The notes under the pieces are model-generated. The model was given only the letters and a program-made list of their open reading frames with translations, searched no databases and was not told where the DNA came from. The position numbers and the translations under genes were made by a program. Of a stretch of 64,000 nt of DNA, positions 26,588-35,002 are shown one piece after another. The first letter of the stretch is position 1. Each line of letters opens with the position of its first letter. Source of the stretch: an uncultured Candidatus Saccharibacteria bacterium (GTDB lineage: Bacteria; Patescibacteriota; Minisyncoccia; UBA6257; 2-01-FULL-56-20); assembly GCA_964361095.1 (NCBI GenBank), contig CAYHZA010000007.1:3010-67009 (forward strand), in the 5' to 3' direction.

Positions 26588-28981
26588 ATGAAATTTACTA
26601 AACTGTTTGAAGAAGTCGGTATTAAAGATGTCGGTCTTGTCGGAGGAAAAAATGCCTCGCTCGGAGAGATGATACGCACCTTGAAATCCAAAGGTGTGCC
26701 GGTGCCTTCTGGTTTTATCGTGACCGCGGAGGCTTATTTTTATTTTCTTAAAGCAACCGGACTCGATAAATTTATCCGAACAACACTCAAAGATTTAGAT
26801 ACAAAAAATTTAAAAGAATTGCATCGTTGCGGTTCGGCGATCCGAAACGCGATCATACGCACGGAATTTCCGAAAGATTTACAACAAGAAATTATAATGG
26901 GTTACCGCGGGCTCGAAAAACGCTACGGGAAAAACGCGGATACGGCGGTGCGTTCATCGGCGACTGCCGAAGATTTGCCGGGTGCCTCTTTCGCCGGTGA
27001 GCAGGAAAGTTATCTTGGTATTCGCGGCGAGCGTGAAATTCTCCGCGCCGTCCGCGCCACCATGGCTTCGCTTTTTACCGACCGCGCCATTTCCTATCGC
27101 GAGGATCGCGGTTTTGATCATTTTAGAGTAGGACTTTCGGCGGGTGTTCAAAAAATGGTGCGTTCGGACAAGGCGTGTTCGGGGGTGATGTTCAGCTTGG
27201 ACACCGAATCCGGCTTCCCGAACGTTGTTCTTATCAACGGTTCGTGGGGTTTAGGTGAAATGATCGTGAAGGGCGAGGTGACGCCTGATGAGTTTTTTGT
27301 CTGGAAAGAAGGATTGAAGCGGAACGTTTCGCATCCCATTATCGAAAAGAAATTGGGCGTGAAGTTTCACAAGATGATTTACCATCACGGCAAGGCGATT
27401 CAGCAGACAAAAATCATATCTACTACGGTTACCGAGCGTGACTCATTCGTGCTGACCGACAAAGAGATTGCAAAGCTCGCTCGTTGGGGGGTCATTATTG
27501 AAAAGCACTATACCAACCACTACAAGAAGTGGATGCCGATGGATATGGAGTGGGCGAAAGACGGCGTAACGGGTGAGCTTTTTATCGTGCAGGCGCGTCC
27601 AGAGACGATTCACGCCGGGCGTGATTTTTCGAAATTGAAAGAATATATTTCTCTTGAGAAGCGGATTCCAATAGTGGCGGGGGCATCCGTGGGATCAAAA
27701 ATCGCAACAGGCAAGGCGCGGGTGATTTTAGACGCGAAACACATCGGTGAATTTAAGAAAGGCGAAGTTTTGGTCACTGATATGACCGATCCGGATTGGG
27801 AACCGATCATGAAAATCGCATCCGCAATCGTAACCGATAAGGGTGGCCGCACTTCGCATGCCGCAATCGTTTCTCGCGAGCTTGGAATTCCCGCGGTAGT
27901 GGGCACGGAAAAAGCAACGAAGCTCATAAAAACCGGTGACTTGATTACTGTGGATACGACCGGTAGCGCCGGAAGTATCTATAAAGGATTCCTTAAATTT
28001 AAAGTTGTTGAACATGACCTAAAAAAAATCCCGCACCCCAAGACGAAAGTGATGGTAAATGTGGCGATTCCCGATAGCGCGTTCGAACATTCGTTTTTGC
28101 CGAATCAAGGCGTGGGTCTTGCCCGCGAAGAATTTATCATTGCGTCGAAAATGGGAGTGCATCCGATGGCGCTTTTAAACATGAAAAATGTCAATCCTGC
28201 CGTGCGGCGCGCGATAGAGATGAAAATGCGCGGCTGGAAAGATCCCAAGCAGTACTACATAGACAATCTTGCGTTCGGGGTCGCGAAGATCGGCGCGGCG
28301 TTTTATCCGAAGCCCGTGATCGTGCGCTTCTCGGACTTCAAAACAAACGAGTACCGCACGCTTTTGGGCGGTGAGCAATATGAACCGCAGGAAGAAAATC
28401 CGATGCTTGGCTGGCGTGGCGCTTCGCGGTATTACGATCCGAAGTTCATCGAAGCGTTCGCGCTTGAATGCAAAGCCGTCAAAAAAGTTCGCGAGGATAT
28501 GGGACTCGTGAACGTAATTCCGATGATTCCGTTCTGCCGCACCGTGGAAGAGGCAAAGAAAGTAATTGCGGTTATGGAGAAAAACGGTTTGAGTCGAAAG
28601 AAAGACAGAACGCTCAAGGTTTACGTGATGTGTGAGATCCCTTCAAATGTTATTCTGGCGGACGAATTCCTAAATATTTTCGATGGAATGTCCATTGGAT
28701 CCAATGATTTAACACAACTTACGCTGGGGCTTGATCGGGATTCGGGAATTGTAACCCGCATCGCGAACGAGAATAACCCGGCGGTTAAAAAACTCATCTC
28801 CGATGTGATCAAAAAATGCCGCGCGAAGAAAAAATACATCGGTATCTGCGGCCAGGGGCCCTCGGATTATCCCGAATTCGCCGAGTTTTTAGTGAAAGAG
28901 GGGATAGAGAGCATTTCGCTGAATCCCGATACGGTGGTGAAGACGACTATGGCGATTGCGCGAGTGGAGAAGGGGAAATAG
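26588..28981 (+). CDS. ppsA: phosphoenolpyruvate synthase (pyruvate, water dikinase)
   Basis: N-terminal ATP-grasp DVGLVGGKNASLGEM; phosphohistidine motif GGRTSHAAIVSRELGIPAVVG; C-terminal PEP-utilizing TIM barrel; 797 aa. Confidence 0.9.
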   Translation: MKFTKLFEEVGIKDVGLVGGKNASLGEMIRTLKSKGVPVPSGFIVTAEAYFYFLKATGLDKFIRTTLKDLDTKNLKELHRCGSAIRNAIIRTEFPKDLQQEIIMGYRGLEKRYGKNADTAVRSSATAEDLPGASFAGEQESYLGIRGEREILRAVRATMASLFTDRAISYREDRGFDHFRVGLSAGVQKMVRSDKACSGVMFSLDTESGFPNVVLINGSWGLGEMIVKGEVTPDEFFVWKEGLKRNVSHPIIEKKLGVKFHKMIYHHGKAIQQTKIISTTVTERDSFVLTDKEIAKLARWGVIIEKHYTNHYKKWMPMDMEWAKDGVTGELFIVQARPETIHAGRDFSKLKEYISLEKRIPIVAGASVGSKIATGKARVILDAKHIGEFKKGEVLVTDMTDPDWEPIMKIASAIVTDKGGRTSHAAIVSRELGIPAVVGTEKATKLIKTGDLITVDTTGSAGSIYKGFLKFKVVEHDLKKIPHPKTKVMVNVAIPDSAFEHSFLPNQGVGLAREEFIIASKMGVHPMALLNMKNVNPAVRRAIEMKMRGWKDPKQYYIDNLAFGVAKIGAAFYPKPVIVRFSDFKTNEYRTLLGGEQYEPQEENPMLGWRGASRYYDPKFIEAFALECKAVKKVREDMGLVNVIPMIPFCRTVEEAKKVIAVMEKNGLSRKKDRTLKVYVMCEIPSNVILADEFLNIFDGMSIGSNDLTQLTLGLDRDSGIVTRIANENNPAVKKLISDVIKKCRAKKKYIGICGQGPSDYPEFAEFLVKEGIESISLNPDTVVKTTMAIARVEKGK
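28911..28960 (+). repeat. ppsA 3'-terminal segment, first copy of an imperfect direct repeat
   Basis: catttcgctgaatcccgatacggtggtgaagacgactatggcgattgcg; second copy at 29701-29750 is about 85% identical. Confidence 0.7.
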
Positions 28982-29030
28982 CCAGTAGAGGAACGCATGA
29001 TGGATCTGCGGTCTTTCAATTCTCGCGGAG

Positions 29031-29342
29031 TTGTGCCATACTGTAAGCATGACTGACGTTGCAGAAATTCAAAAAGTTATCAGGCCGCTTCTTGAGCGCA
29101 ATGATGTTGTTTTTGCGGGGGTTTTCGGTTCGTTTGCGCGCGGAGAAGCGAATGAGGCGAGTGACATCGACCTCTTGGTTCGGTTCCGAAGTCCCAAAAG
29201 CCTTCTTGAGATTGTGCGATTAGAACGCGAACTCACTGCGCTTACCGGACGGAAGGTGGAAGTGGTAACTGAAAAATTTCTCCATCCCTACATTGCGGGA
29301 TCGGTGCGTCGCGATCTCCATCCTCTCTATGGAAAAGGATAA
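29031..29342 (+). CDS. MNT-type nucleotidyltransferase (antitoxin of a HepT/MNT module)
   Basis: GSFARGEANEASDIDLLV minimal nucleotidyltransferase motif. Confidence 0.8.
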   Translation: MCHTVSMTDVAEIQKVIRPLLERNDVVFAGVFGSFARGEANEASDIDLLVRFRSPKSLLEIVRLERELTALTGRKVEVVTEKFLHPYIAGSVRRDLHPLYGKG

Positions 29343-29661
29343 GGTATACGTTCGGCACATACTTGATTCCATCTCTATAATAGAGGGCTTTATCGCGGGA
29401 ATAACGTACGAAAAGTTTGCGGAAAATAAGTTGCTTCAAAATGGCGTTATTCGAGAACTCGAGGTAATCGGTGAGGCATCAAAGAAGCTTTCCGACGAAT
29501 TTAAGGAGTCACTTCCGGGAATCGAATGGAAAAGCATCGCGGGAATGCGCGATAAGCTCATTCATGACTACTTTAGCGTTGATTTAGAAGCGGTGTGGAA
29601 AACCGCCACAAGCGACCTCCCGCCCCTCAAGGAGATTTTGTCTCAAAGATCTGATGGTTAG
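29329..29661 (+). CDS. HepT-like toxin (DUF86, HEPN)
   Basis: RDKLIHDY, an Rx4-6H HEPN motif; 14-nt overlap with the MNT gene. Confidence 0.8.
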   Translation: MEKDKVYVRHILDSISIIEGFIAGITYEKFAENKLLQNGVIRELEVIGEASKKLSDEFKESLPGIEWKSIAGMRDKLIHDYFSVDLEAVWKTATSDLPPLKEILSQRSDG

Positions 29662-29700
29662 TTTTTCACTTCTCTTTTGGATTGTTGCGGGGGGACAATG

Positions 29701-29750
29701 ATATTTCTTTGAATCCCGATACAGTGGTGAAGACGATCATGATGCTTTCG
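29701..29750 (+). repeat. second, diverged copy of the ppsA 3'-terminal segment (right boundary of the TA insertion)
   Basis: tatttctttgaatcccgatacagtggtgaagacgatcatgatgctttcg; would encode ISLNPDTVVKTIMMLSRK*. Confidence 0.7.
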
Positions 29751-29784
29751 AGAAAATGAAAATGTGGACATAATATAAGTTAAC

Positions 29785-30117
29785 ATGTCTAAATCACTAG
29801 AGGATCTTAAGGGAAAAGAGCTTTTGAGATTTGAAAGCGCGAAAGAGAAGGAATCTACAAAATTTGACAATATAGTTTTTGTAGCTGCGACAGGAACTTT
29901 TGTTCTCTCAATTAACTATATAGTTGGCATCAAGACCAACTATCTGCATTACCATTCGTTTCTGGTTCTTGCGTGGATTTTTCTTCTGACGGCGATTATA
30001 GTGCACGCAGATGGGTATCGTGAATCTGTAATTTACCACCAGGACTTTATTGACAAGTTAAATAAATGGAATGCCAATCATTATCAAGCATTATCAAGAT
30101 CCTTTCCCGGCTACTGA
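29785..30117 (+). CDS. hypothetical membrane protein
   Basis: 110-aa ORF with two TM helices. Confidence 0.4.
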   Translation: MSKSLEDLKGKELLRFESAKEKESTKFDNIVFVAATGTFVLSINYIVGIKTNYLHYHSFLVLAWIFLLTAIIVHADGYRESVIYHQDFIDKLNKWNANHYQALSRSFPGY

Positions 30118-30127
30118 CACACATAAA

Positions 30128-30250
30128 ATGAAGAAAATAAAAAGGATGAGTGACTGGTCTTTTTACTTACTTATACTGGGGCTACTTTTTTTAACCGCAT
30201 TTGCGGCGATTAATTTTCTCATTCAAAATAATACCAATTTTTATCAGTGA
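30128..30250 (+). CDS. possible 40-aa single-TM peptide
   Basis: MKKIKRMSDWSFYLLILGLLFLTAFAAINFLIQNNTNFYQ; its stop overlaps the next start (ATGA). Confidence 0.2.
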   Translation: MKKIKRMSDWSFYLLILGLLFLTAFAAINFLIQNNTNFYQ

Positions 30251-31254
30251 TGAAACTCGCATTTTTTGAAATCGAGGGATGGGAGGAAAAAATTATCCAC
30301 GAAGCGTTTTCTGATGCGGATGTTTTCGTGACAAAAGATAAGGTAACAGCGCTCTGCTTGCCCGACACGCGAGATTTTGAGATTCTTTCGGTATTCGTGG
30401 ACTCGAGAGTTGATAAGGCGGTTTTGGATTGCTTCCCGAACCTGAAGTTCATCGCCGCGCGCTCCACCGGCTATGATCATATAGATGTCGCCGAGTGCAA
30501 GGCGCGTGGAATCTCCATTGCCTATGTGCCCGGCTATGGGGATAATACGGTTGCGGAGTTTGCCTTCGGCCTCATTCTCGCGCTTACGAGGAAAATTTAT
30601 CAGGGCATTGATCAGATAAAAGAAATAGGTTCGTTTTCACTTGCGGGGCTCCGTGGCACGGATCTTAAGGGAAAAACCATCGGCATTGTCGGTACGGGAA
30701 GGATCGGAAGGGAGATGGCGAAGATCGCGCGCGGTTTTTCGATGAAGATCGTCGGGTATGACCCGTTTCCTGATGAGAATTTTGCCCGTGAATCAGGTCT
30801 TGAATATCTAAGCTTGGAGGGTCTTCTGGGTATCGCCGATATTATTACGCTACACTGTCCCTATAATCAAAATACGCACCATTTAATACATAACGGCAAT
30901 ATTCATCTTGTAAAAAAGGGCGCGTATTTGGTGAACACCGCACGCGGCGCGATCGTGGAAACTGAAGCGATTGTCGGGGCGCTCAAAGAGGGCATTCTTG
31001 CGGGCTACGGCGCCGACGTACTCGAAGAGGAGGGGGAAACCAAAGACGAGCTTACCATTTTGGCGCTTGGCCACCCGCATGAAGAGGAGCTCAAGACCAT
31101 GCTCCGGAACCATATTTTGATGAAAATGCCCAATGTCTTGATCACGCCGCACAATGCTTTTAACTCGCAGGAAGCGCTTGAACGGATTTTGCATACGACG
31201 ATTGAGAATATCCGTGGCTTTATGGAAGGAAAACCTGTGAATCTTGTTCAATGA
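30250..31254 (+). CDS. D-isomer-specific 2-hydroxyacid dehydrogenase (D-lactate/phosphoglycerate dehydrogenase family)
   Basis: NAD Rossmann motif GIVGTGRIGREMAK; catalytic-domain pattern. Confidence 0.8.
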   Translation: MKLAFFEIEGWEEKIIHEAFSDADVFVTKDKVTALCLPDTRDFEILSVFVDSRVDKAVLDCFPNLKFIAARSTGYDHIDVAECKARGISIAYVPGYGDNTVAEFAFGLILALTRKIYQGIDQIKEIGSFSLAGLRGTDLKGKTIGIVGTGRIGREMAKIARGFSMKIVGYDPFPDENFARESGLEYLSLEGLLGIADIITLHCPYNQNTHHLIHNGNIHLVKKGAYLVNTARGAIVETEAIVGALKEGILAGYGADVLEEEGETKDELTILALGHPHEEELKTMLRNHILMKMPNVLITPHNAFNSQEALERILHTTIENIRGFMEGKPVNLVQ

Positions 31255-32462
31255 GAGTTAAGGATATTACTGTTCGAGAAATTTTCGATTCACGAAGTGG
31301 GCCGACGATTGAGGTGCGCGGCAGGAATCCATTGATTTCGGCGTCGGTGCCTTCGGGGAAAAGCAGAGGAAACCGCGAGGCAAAGGTTTTTTCGTTTCGA
31401 GAAGCTTTTCTGGGCATAAAAACGATCGTAAAAAATCTCGGTGGGAGGAATTTCCAATCGGTACGCGACTTGGACGAGGCACTTCTTCGTTTGGATGGTA
31501 CGGCGAACAAATCGAAACTTGGCGGCAACGTAACTCTTGCGGTTTCGATGTTCGGCGCGCGGATGCTTGCCGCGGAGCGTGGCAAGGAAGTGTGGCAAGT
31601 ATTGCGCGAGGAATTCTTTAAAGGCGCGAAAGACGTTCCGCCGCTTATTTTCTCGAATCTTATAAACGGAGGGGCGCACGCGGCAAATAATCTTGATATT
31701 CAGGAGTATATGGTTGTTGTTCACCCCGTTAGAACGAGCTCTAATGGGGTAAAATCCGGGAAATCGGTTGCGGAAGATATACAGGCGCTCATCCGTTTTT
31801 ATCGGGAGCTCGGAGATCTTTTTAAAAAAACGCGGAAGATACAAAATATTCCAATCGGCGATGAGGGCGGGTATTCCCTGAATTTCAAAAGCAACTTCGA
31901 ACCAATCACGGTCTTGGAAAAGCTCGTTAAAAAATTTCATCTCGAAAGCCGTTTTGGTTTGGCGCTCGACGTTGCGGCGAGCGGATTTTTAAAAAATGGA
32001 GAATATTATTTTAGCGGTAAACGGTTTTCTTCCGAACAGCTCGCCGCGGAATATCTGTGTTATTTCAAGAAGTCAAAATTTCTTTTCTCCGTTGAGGATC
32101 CCTTTGCGGAACGTGACGCGCAGGGATTCGCTCTTTTGCGGGAGAAATTGCCGGATGCGTGGGTGGTGGGAGATGATTTGACGACTACGAATCCAACAAC
32201 GATTCAAAAATACGCGCACGAGGGAGTAATAAATGCCGTGATCATTAAGCCGAATCAGATCGGAACGATAAGCGAGGCTTGTAAGGCTATTGCGGTTGCG
32301 AAAAAACATGGATTAAAGACCATTGTTTCGCACCGGTCGGGCGAAACGGAAGATTCTTTTATTACCCATCTTGCAAAAGCCGGAGGCGCGGATGGAGTAA
32401 AAATTGGCGCGCCGATCCGGGAACGGATCTCGAAATTTAACGAACTTGCGCGAATTTACTAA
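31251..32462 (+). CDS. eno: enolase
   Basis: ITVREIFDSRSGPTIEV N-terminus; SHRSGETEDSFITHLAKA; C-terminal IGAPIRERISKFNELARI. Confidence 0.85.
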   Translation: MRVKDITVREIFDSRSGPTIEVRGRNPLISASVPSGKSRGNREAKVFSFREAFLGIKTIVKNLGGRNFQSVRDLDEALLRLDGTANKSKLGGNVTLAVSMFGARMLAAERGKEVWQVLREEFFKGAKDVPPLIFSNLINGGAHAANNLDIQEYMVVVHPVRTSSNGVKSGKSVAEDIQALIRFYRELGDLFKKTRKIQNIPIGDEGGYSLNFKSNFEPITVLEKLVKKFHLESRFGLALDVAASGFLKNGEYYFSGKRFSSEQLAAEYLCYFKKSKFLFSVEDPFAERDAQGFALLREKLPDAWVVGDDLTTTNPTTIQKYAHEGVINAVIIKPNQIGTISEACKAIAVAKKHGLKTIVSHRSGETEDSFITHLAKAGGADGVKIGAPIRERISKFNELARIY

Positions 32463-32474
32463 ATAATTATTCCT

Positions 32475-33653
32475 ATGAAAAAAATTATACTTGGTGTAAT
32501 TATTTCGATTGTTTTTATAGTTATAGGAGGTATTTTATTACTACAGAGAAGCGTATCGCCATCACCCAAAGAAAAAATTTATGTGGCGGTCGAAGGCGAC
32601 GGGAAGATTGCGGTCATTGACGCCGCAACGCGGAAGATCATAAAAAATATTGATCTTTCTTTAGAACACGAAGGAGGAAGACTAATCTATGCGCCGCACA
32701 ATGTCCAGGTCGCGCCGGACGGGAAAAGCGTGTGGGTGACGGCAAATGTTGGGAAACATGAGGGACATTCCGCATACGTGCCCTTCCGCGCGTATGCGCA
32801 CGGCAATGAGGATACGGGGGAGATGAGAGCGGAACTTGATCAGGTAATCGTAATTGACCCAGTCAAAGATGAAATCGTAGAGCGGGTTCCTGTTACCGTA
32901 GGCAACCTTGCTCATGTCGCTCTGGATCCGAAAAGTGAGAACGCGTACGTGACCGCAGGGAAAGGCGGTTATTTCTTTAGGATCAATACAAAAACTTATA
33001 AAGCAGAGGCGGTATTTCGATTTGATGCCGAAAGCGAGCCGCACGGCTTACGTATCAATCCGGCTGGTCGCGTTGCATACATCGCGCTTCTCAAGGGAAA
33101 GGCGCTCGCAAGCCTTGATCTTTCCACGAATCAACTTCATAAATTACGGCTTAGCGGGCAGGCTGTACAGGTTGGCGTCACGCCGGATGGAAAGTTTTCT
33201 TTTGCTTCTCTCTATGATGAGAAAAAACTTGCGATATTTCCAGAGGATTTTGTATCCAGGATTAAGATTAAAACGAGTGAGCCCTTGGAAAATTTTTTAC
33301 GTTACGTTGTATTGCCAAAGAGCGCGCGGGGTCCGATTCAAATGTATCCTACGCCTGATTCAAAATTCGTTTATCTTGCCGATCAGGGATATTACTTTAA
33401 CCAGCCGGAGGGTGAGTGGGTGTATAAAATAGATCTTGAAGCGGGCAAGGTAGTTAAAGAAATTAAAGCAGGCAGAGCGCCTCACGGCGTGGTGGTATCA
33501 AAAGACGGAAGCTATGTTTACGTGACCAATCTCTTAAGCGGTGACGTATCCGTAATCGATACGGTAACCGATAGTGAAGTTGTACGTATTCCAGTCGGCA
33601 AGGAGCCAAATGGCATAAGCATCTGGAATAAAAATCTCGGCGGAACGCCGTGA
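32475..33653 (+). CDS. YVTN-family beta-propeller repeat protein, membrane-anchored
   Basis: Repeated ...DGK.VYVTN.....V.VID... units (e.g. VVSKDGSYVYVTNLLSGDVSVID). Confidence 0.7.
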   Translation: MKKIILGVIISIVFIVIGGILLLQRSVSPSPKEKIYVAVEGDGKIAVIDAATRKIIKNIDLSLEHEGGRLIYAPHNVQVAPDGKSVWVTANVGKHEGHSAYVPFRAYAHGNEDTGEMRAELDQVIVIDPVKDEIVERVPVTVGNLAHVALDPKSENAYVTAGKGGYFFRINTKTYKAEAVFRFDAESEPHGLRINPAGRVAYIALLKGKALASLDLSTNQLHKLRLSGQAVQVGVTPDGKFSFASLYDEKKLAIFPEDFVSRIKIKTSEPLENFLRYVVLPKSARGPIQMYPTPDSKFVYLADQGYYFNQPEGEWVYKIDLEAGKVVKEIKAGRAPHGVVVSKDGSYVYVTNLLSGDVSVIDTVTDSEVVRIPVGKEPNGISIWNKNLGGTP

Positions 33654-33675
33654 AAGGTCGAAATTACAACGCTTA

Positions 33676-34170
33676 ATGAATATGGTTACCAATAACATGG
33701 CACAGTTCGAAAAAAACACGCTTGGACTTCTCCGTATCACACTCGGTTGGCTTTTCTTTTACGCCGGTATTACGAAAGTAATCGATCCCGCGTGGTCGGC
33801 GGCGGGGTACCTTCGGGGCGCAAAAACATTTGTACCGTTCTATCAATGGCTCGCGAGCCCGAGTGTTATCCCTGTCGTGAATTTTATGAACGAATGGGGA
33901 CTTACGCTTTTGGGAATTTCCCTTATTTTGGGAATCGGTGTGCGGTTTTCGTCGGTTTTAGGCGCAATGCTTATGGTGCTCTATTACCTCGCGCTTCCGT
34001 TTCCGATGCCGAATGCTCACGCGTATATCGTAGATGAGCATATCGTTTATATTTTTGTCCTGCTGTACTTCGCGGCTCATCGCGCGGGGCGCGTGTGGGG
34101 ACTTGAAGAATGGTGCGCCAACCTTCCTTTGTACAGGAAATATCCCAATCTTCGATCGTGGTGGGGATAG
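33676..34170 (+). CDS. DoxX-family membrane protein
   Basis: LLRITLGWLFFYAGITKV start and four TM helices typical of DoxX. Confidence 0.6.
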   Translation: MNMVTNNMAQFEKNTLGLLRITLGWLFFYAGITKVIDPAWSAAGYLRGAKTFVPFYQWLASPSVIPVVNFMNEWGLTLLGISLILGIGVRFSSVLGAMLMVLYYLALPFPMPNAHAYIVDEHIVYIFVLLYFAAHRAGRVWGLEEWCANLPLYRKYPNLRSWWG

Positions 34171-34206
34171 GATTTTCTCTAGGAAATAAGGGGGCTTTAT
34201 GTTTCC

Positions 34207-34235
34207 TTGCAATTTTATCTTGACTGGTGTATAAT
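34207..34235 (+). promoter_or_regulatory. strong promoter TTGCAA-N17-TATAAT with extended TG
   Basis: TTGCAAttttatcttgactggTGTATAAT; gives a roughly 130-nt 5' UTR for the RRM gene. Confidence 0.5.
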
Positions 34236-34368
34236 GGATTCATTGTAAGTTTCTCGAGCGTTTTCCCTTGCTGATTGAATTGAGGTGTAGGGAGACCCAA
34301 ACAACGTTAGTTTAATGGGGTACAAGCGAGGAGAAGAGGTCGCCTTACAAGAATACAATTAGTAGTAA

Positions 34369-34710
34369 ATGGCTAAAAAGTTATATGTAGGCGGTTTGTC
34401 TTACAGCACGAGCCAAGAAACATTGAAAGACGCTTTCGCCAAAGCCGGAGCCGTTGAGTCCGCGACAATTATCATTGATAAAATGTCCGGTCGCTCAAAG
34501 GGTTTTGGATTTGTTGAAATGACTTCAGATGATGAAGCTTTGAAAGCGATCGATATGTGGAATGGCAAAGAGCTGGACGGCCGCACGTTAACCGTTAATG
34601 AAGCTCGCCCGATGGAGCCTCGCGCTCCTCGGAGTGGTGGTTTCAATAACCGAGGCGGTGGTGGAGGAGGTGGAGGTGGCTTCGGTGGCGGTCGACGTGA
34701 CAACTGGTAA
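34369..34710 (+). CDS. RRM-type RNA-binding protein with glycine-rich C-terminal tail
   Basis: RNP2 LYVGGL and RNP1 KGFGFVEM; C-terminal RGGGGGGGGGFGGGRR. Confidence 0.85.
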   Translation: MAKKLYVGGLSYSTSQETLKDAFAKAGAVESATIIIDKMSGRSKGFGFVEMTSDDEALKAIDMWNGKELDGRTLTVNEARPMEPRAPRSGGFNNRGGGGGGGGGFGGGRRDNW

Positions 34711-34720
34711 TCCCAGTCTG

Positions 34721-34757
34721 AAAAACACCCCCCGCGCAACGGGGGGTGTTTTGTTTT
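34721..34757 (+). terminator. intrinsic terminator
   Basis: aaaaacaccccccgcgcaacggggggtgttttgtttt. Confidence 0.8.
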
Positions 34758-35002
34758 AGATCTGACTTGGGTACCTCGCGAATTCTTTAGGCGTGGATCT
34801 CGAAGAACATTTTCGGCACACTATGGACAAATATTATGGAAGATATAAGAATCGTTTTGAGAAAAAGTAATTTCTCGATAGGTTGACAAAGCGTGAATTC
34901 TTTGTAATAATTTAAAAAATAGACGGAACGATTCGTAGGGAGAAAAGTATGAAACCTTGAGTTTCGCAATCCCCATTCGGTGTGGGGATTTATTACATTT
35001 TT

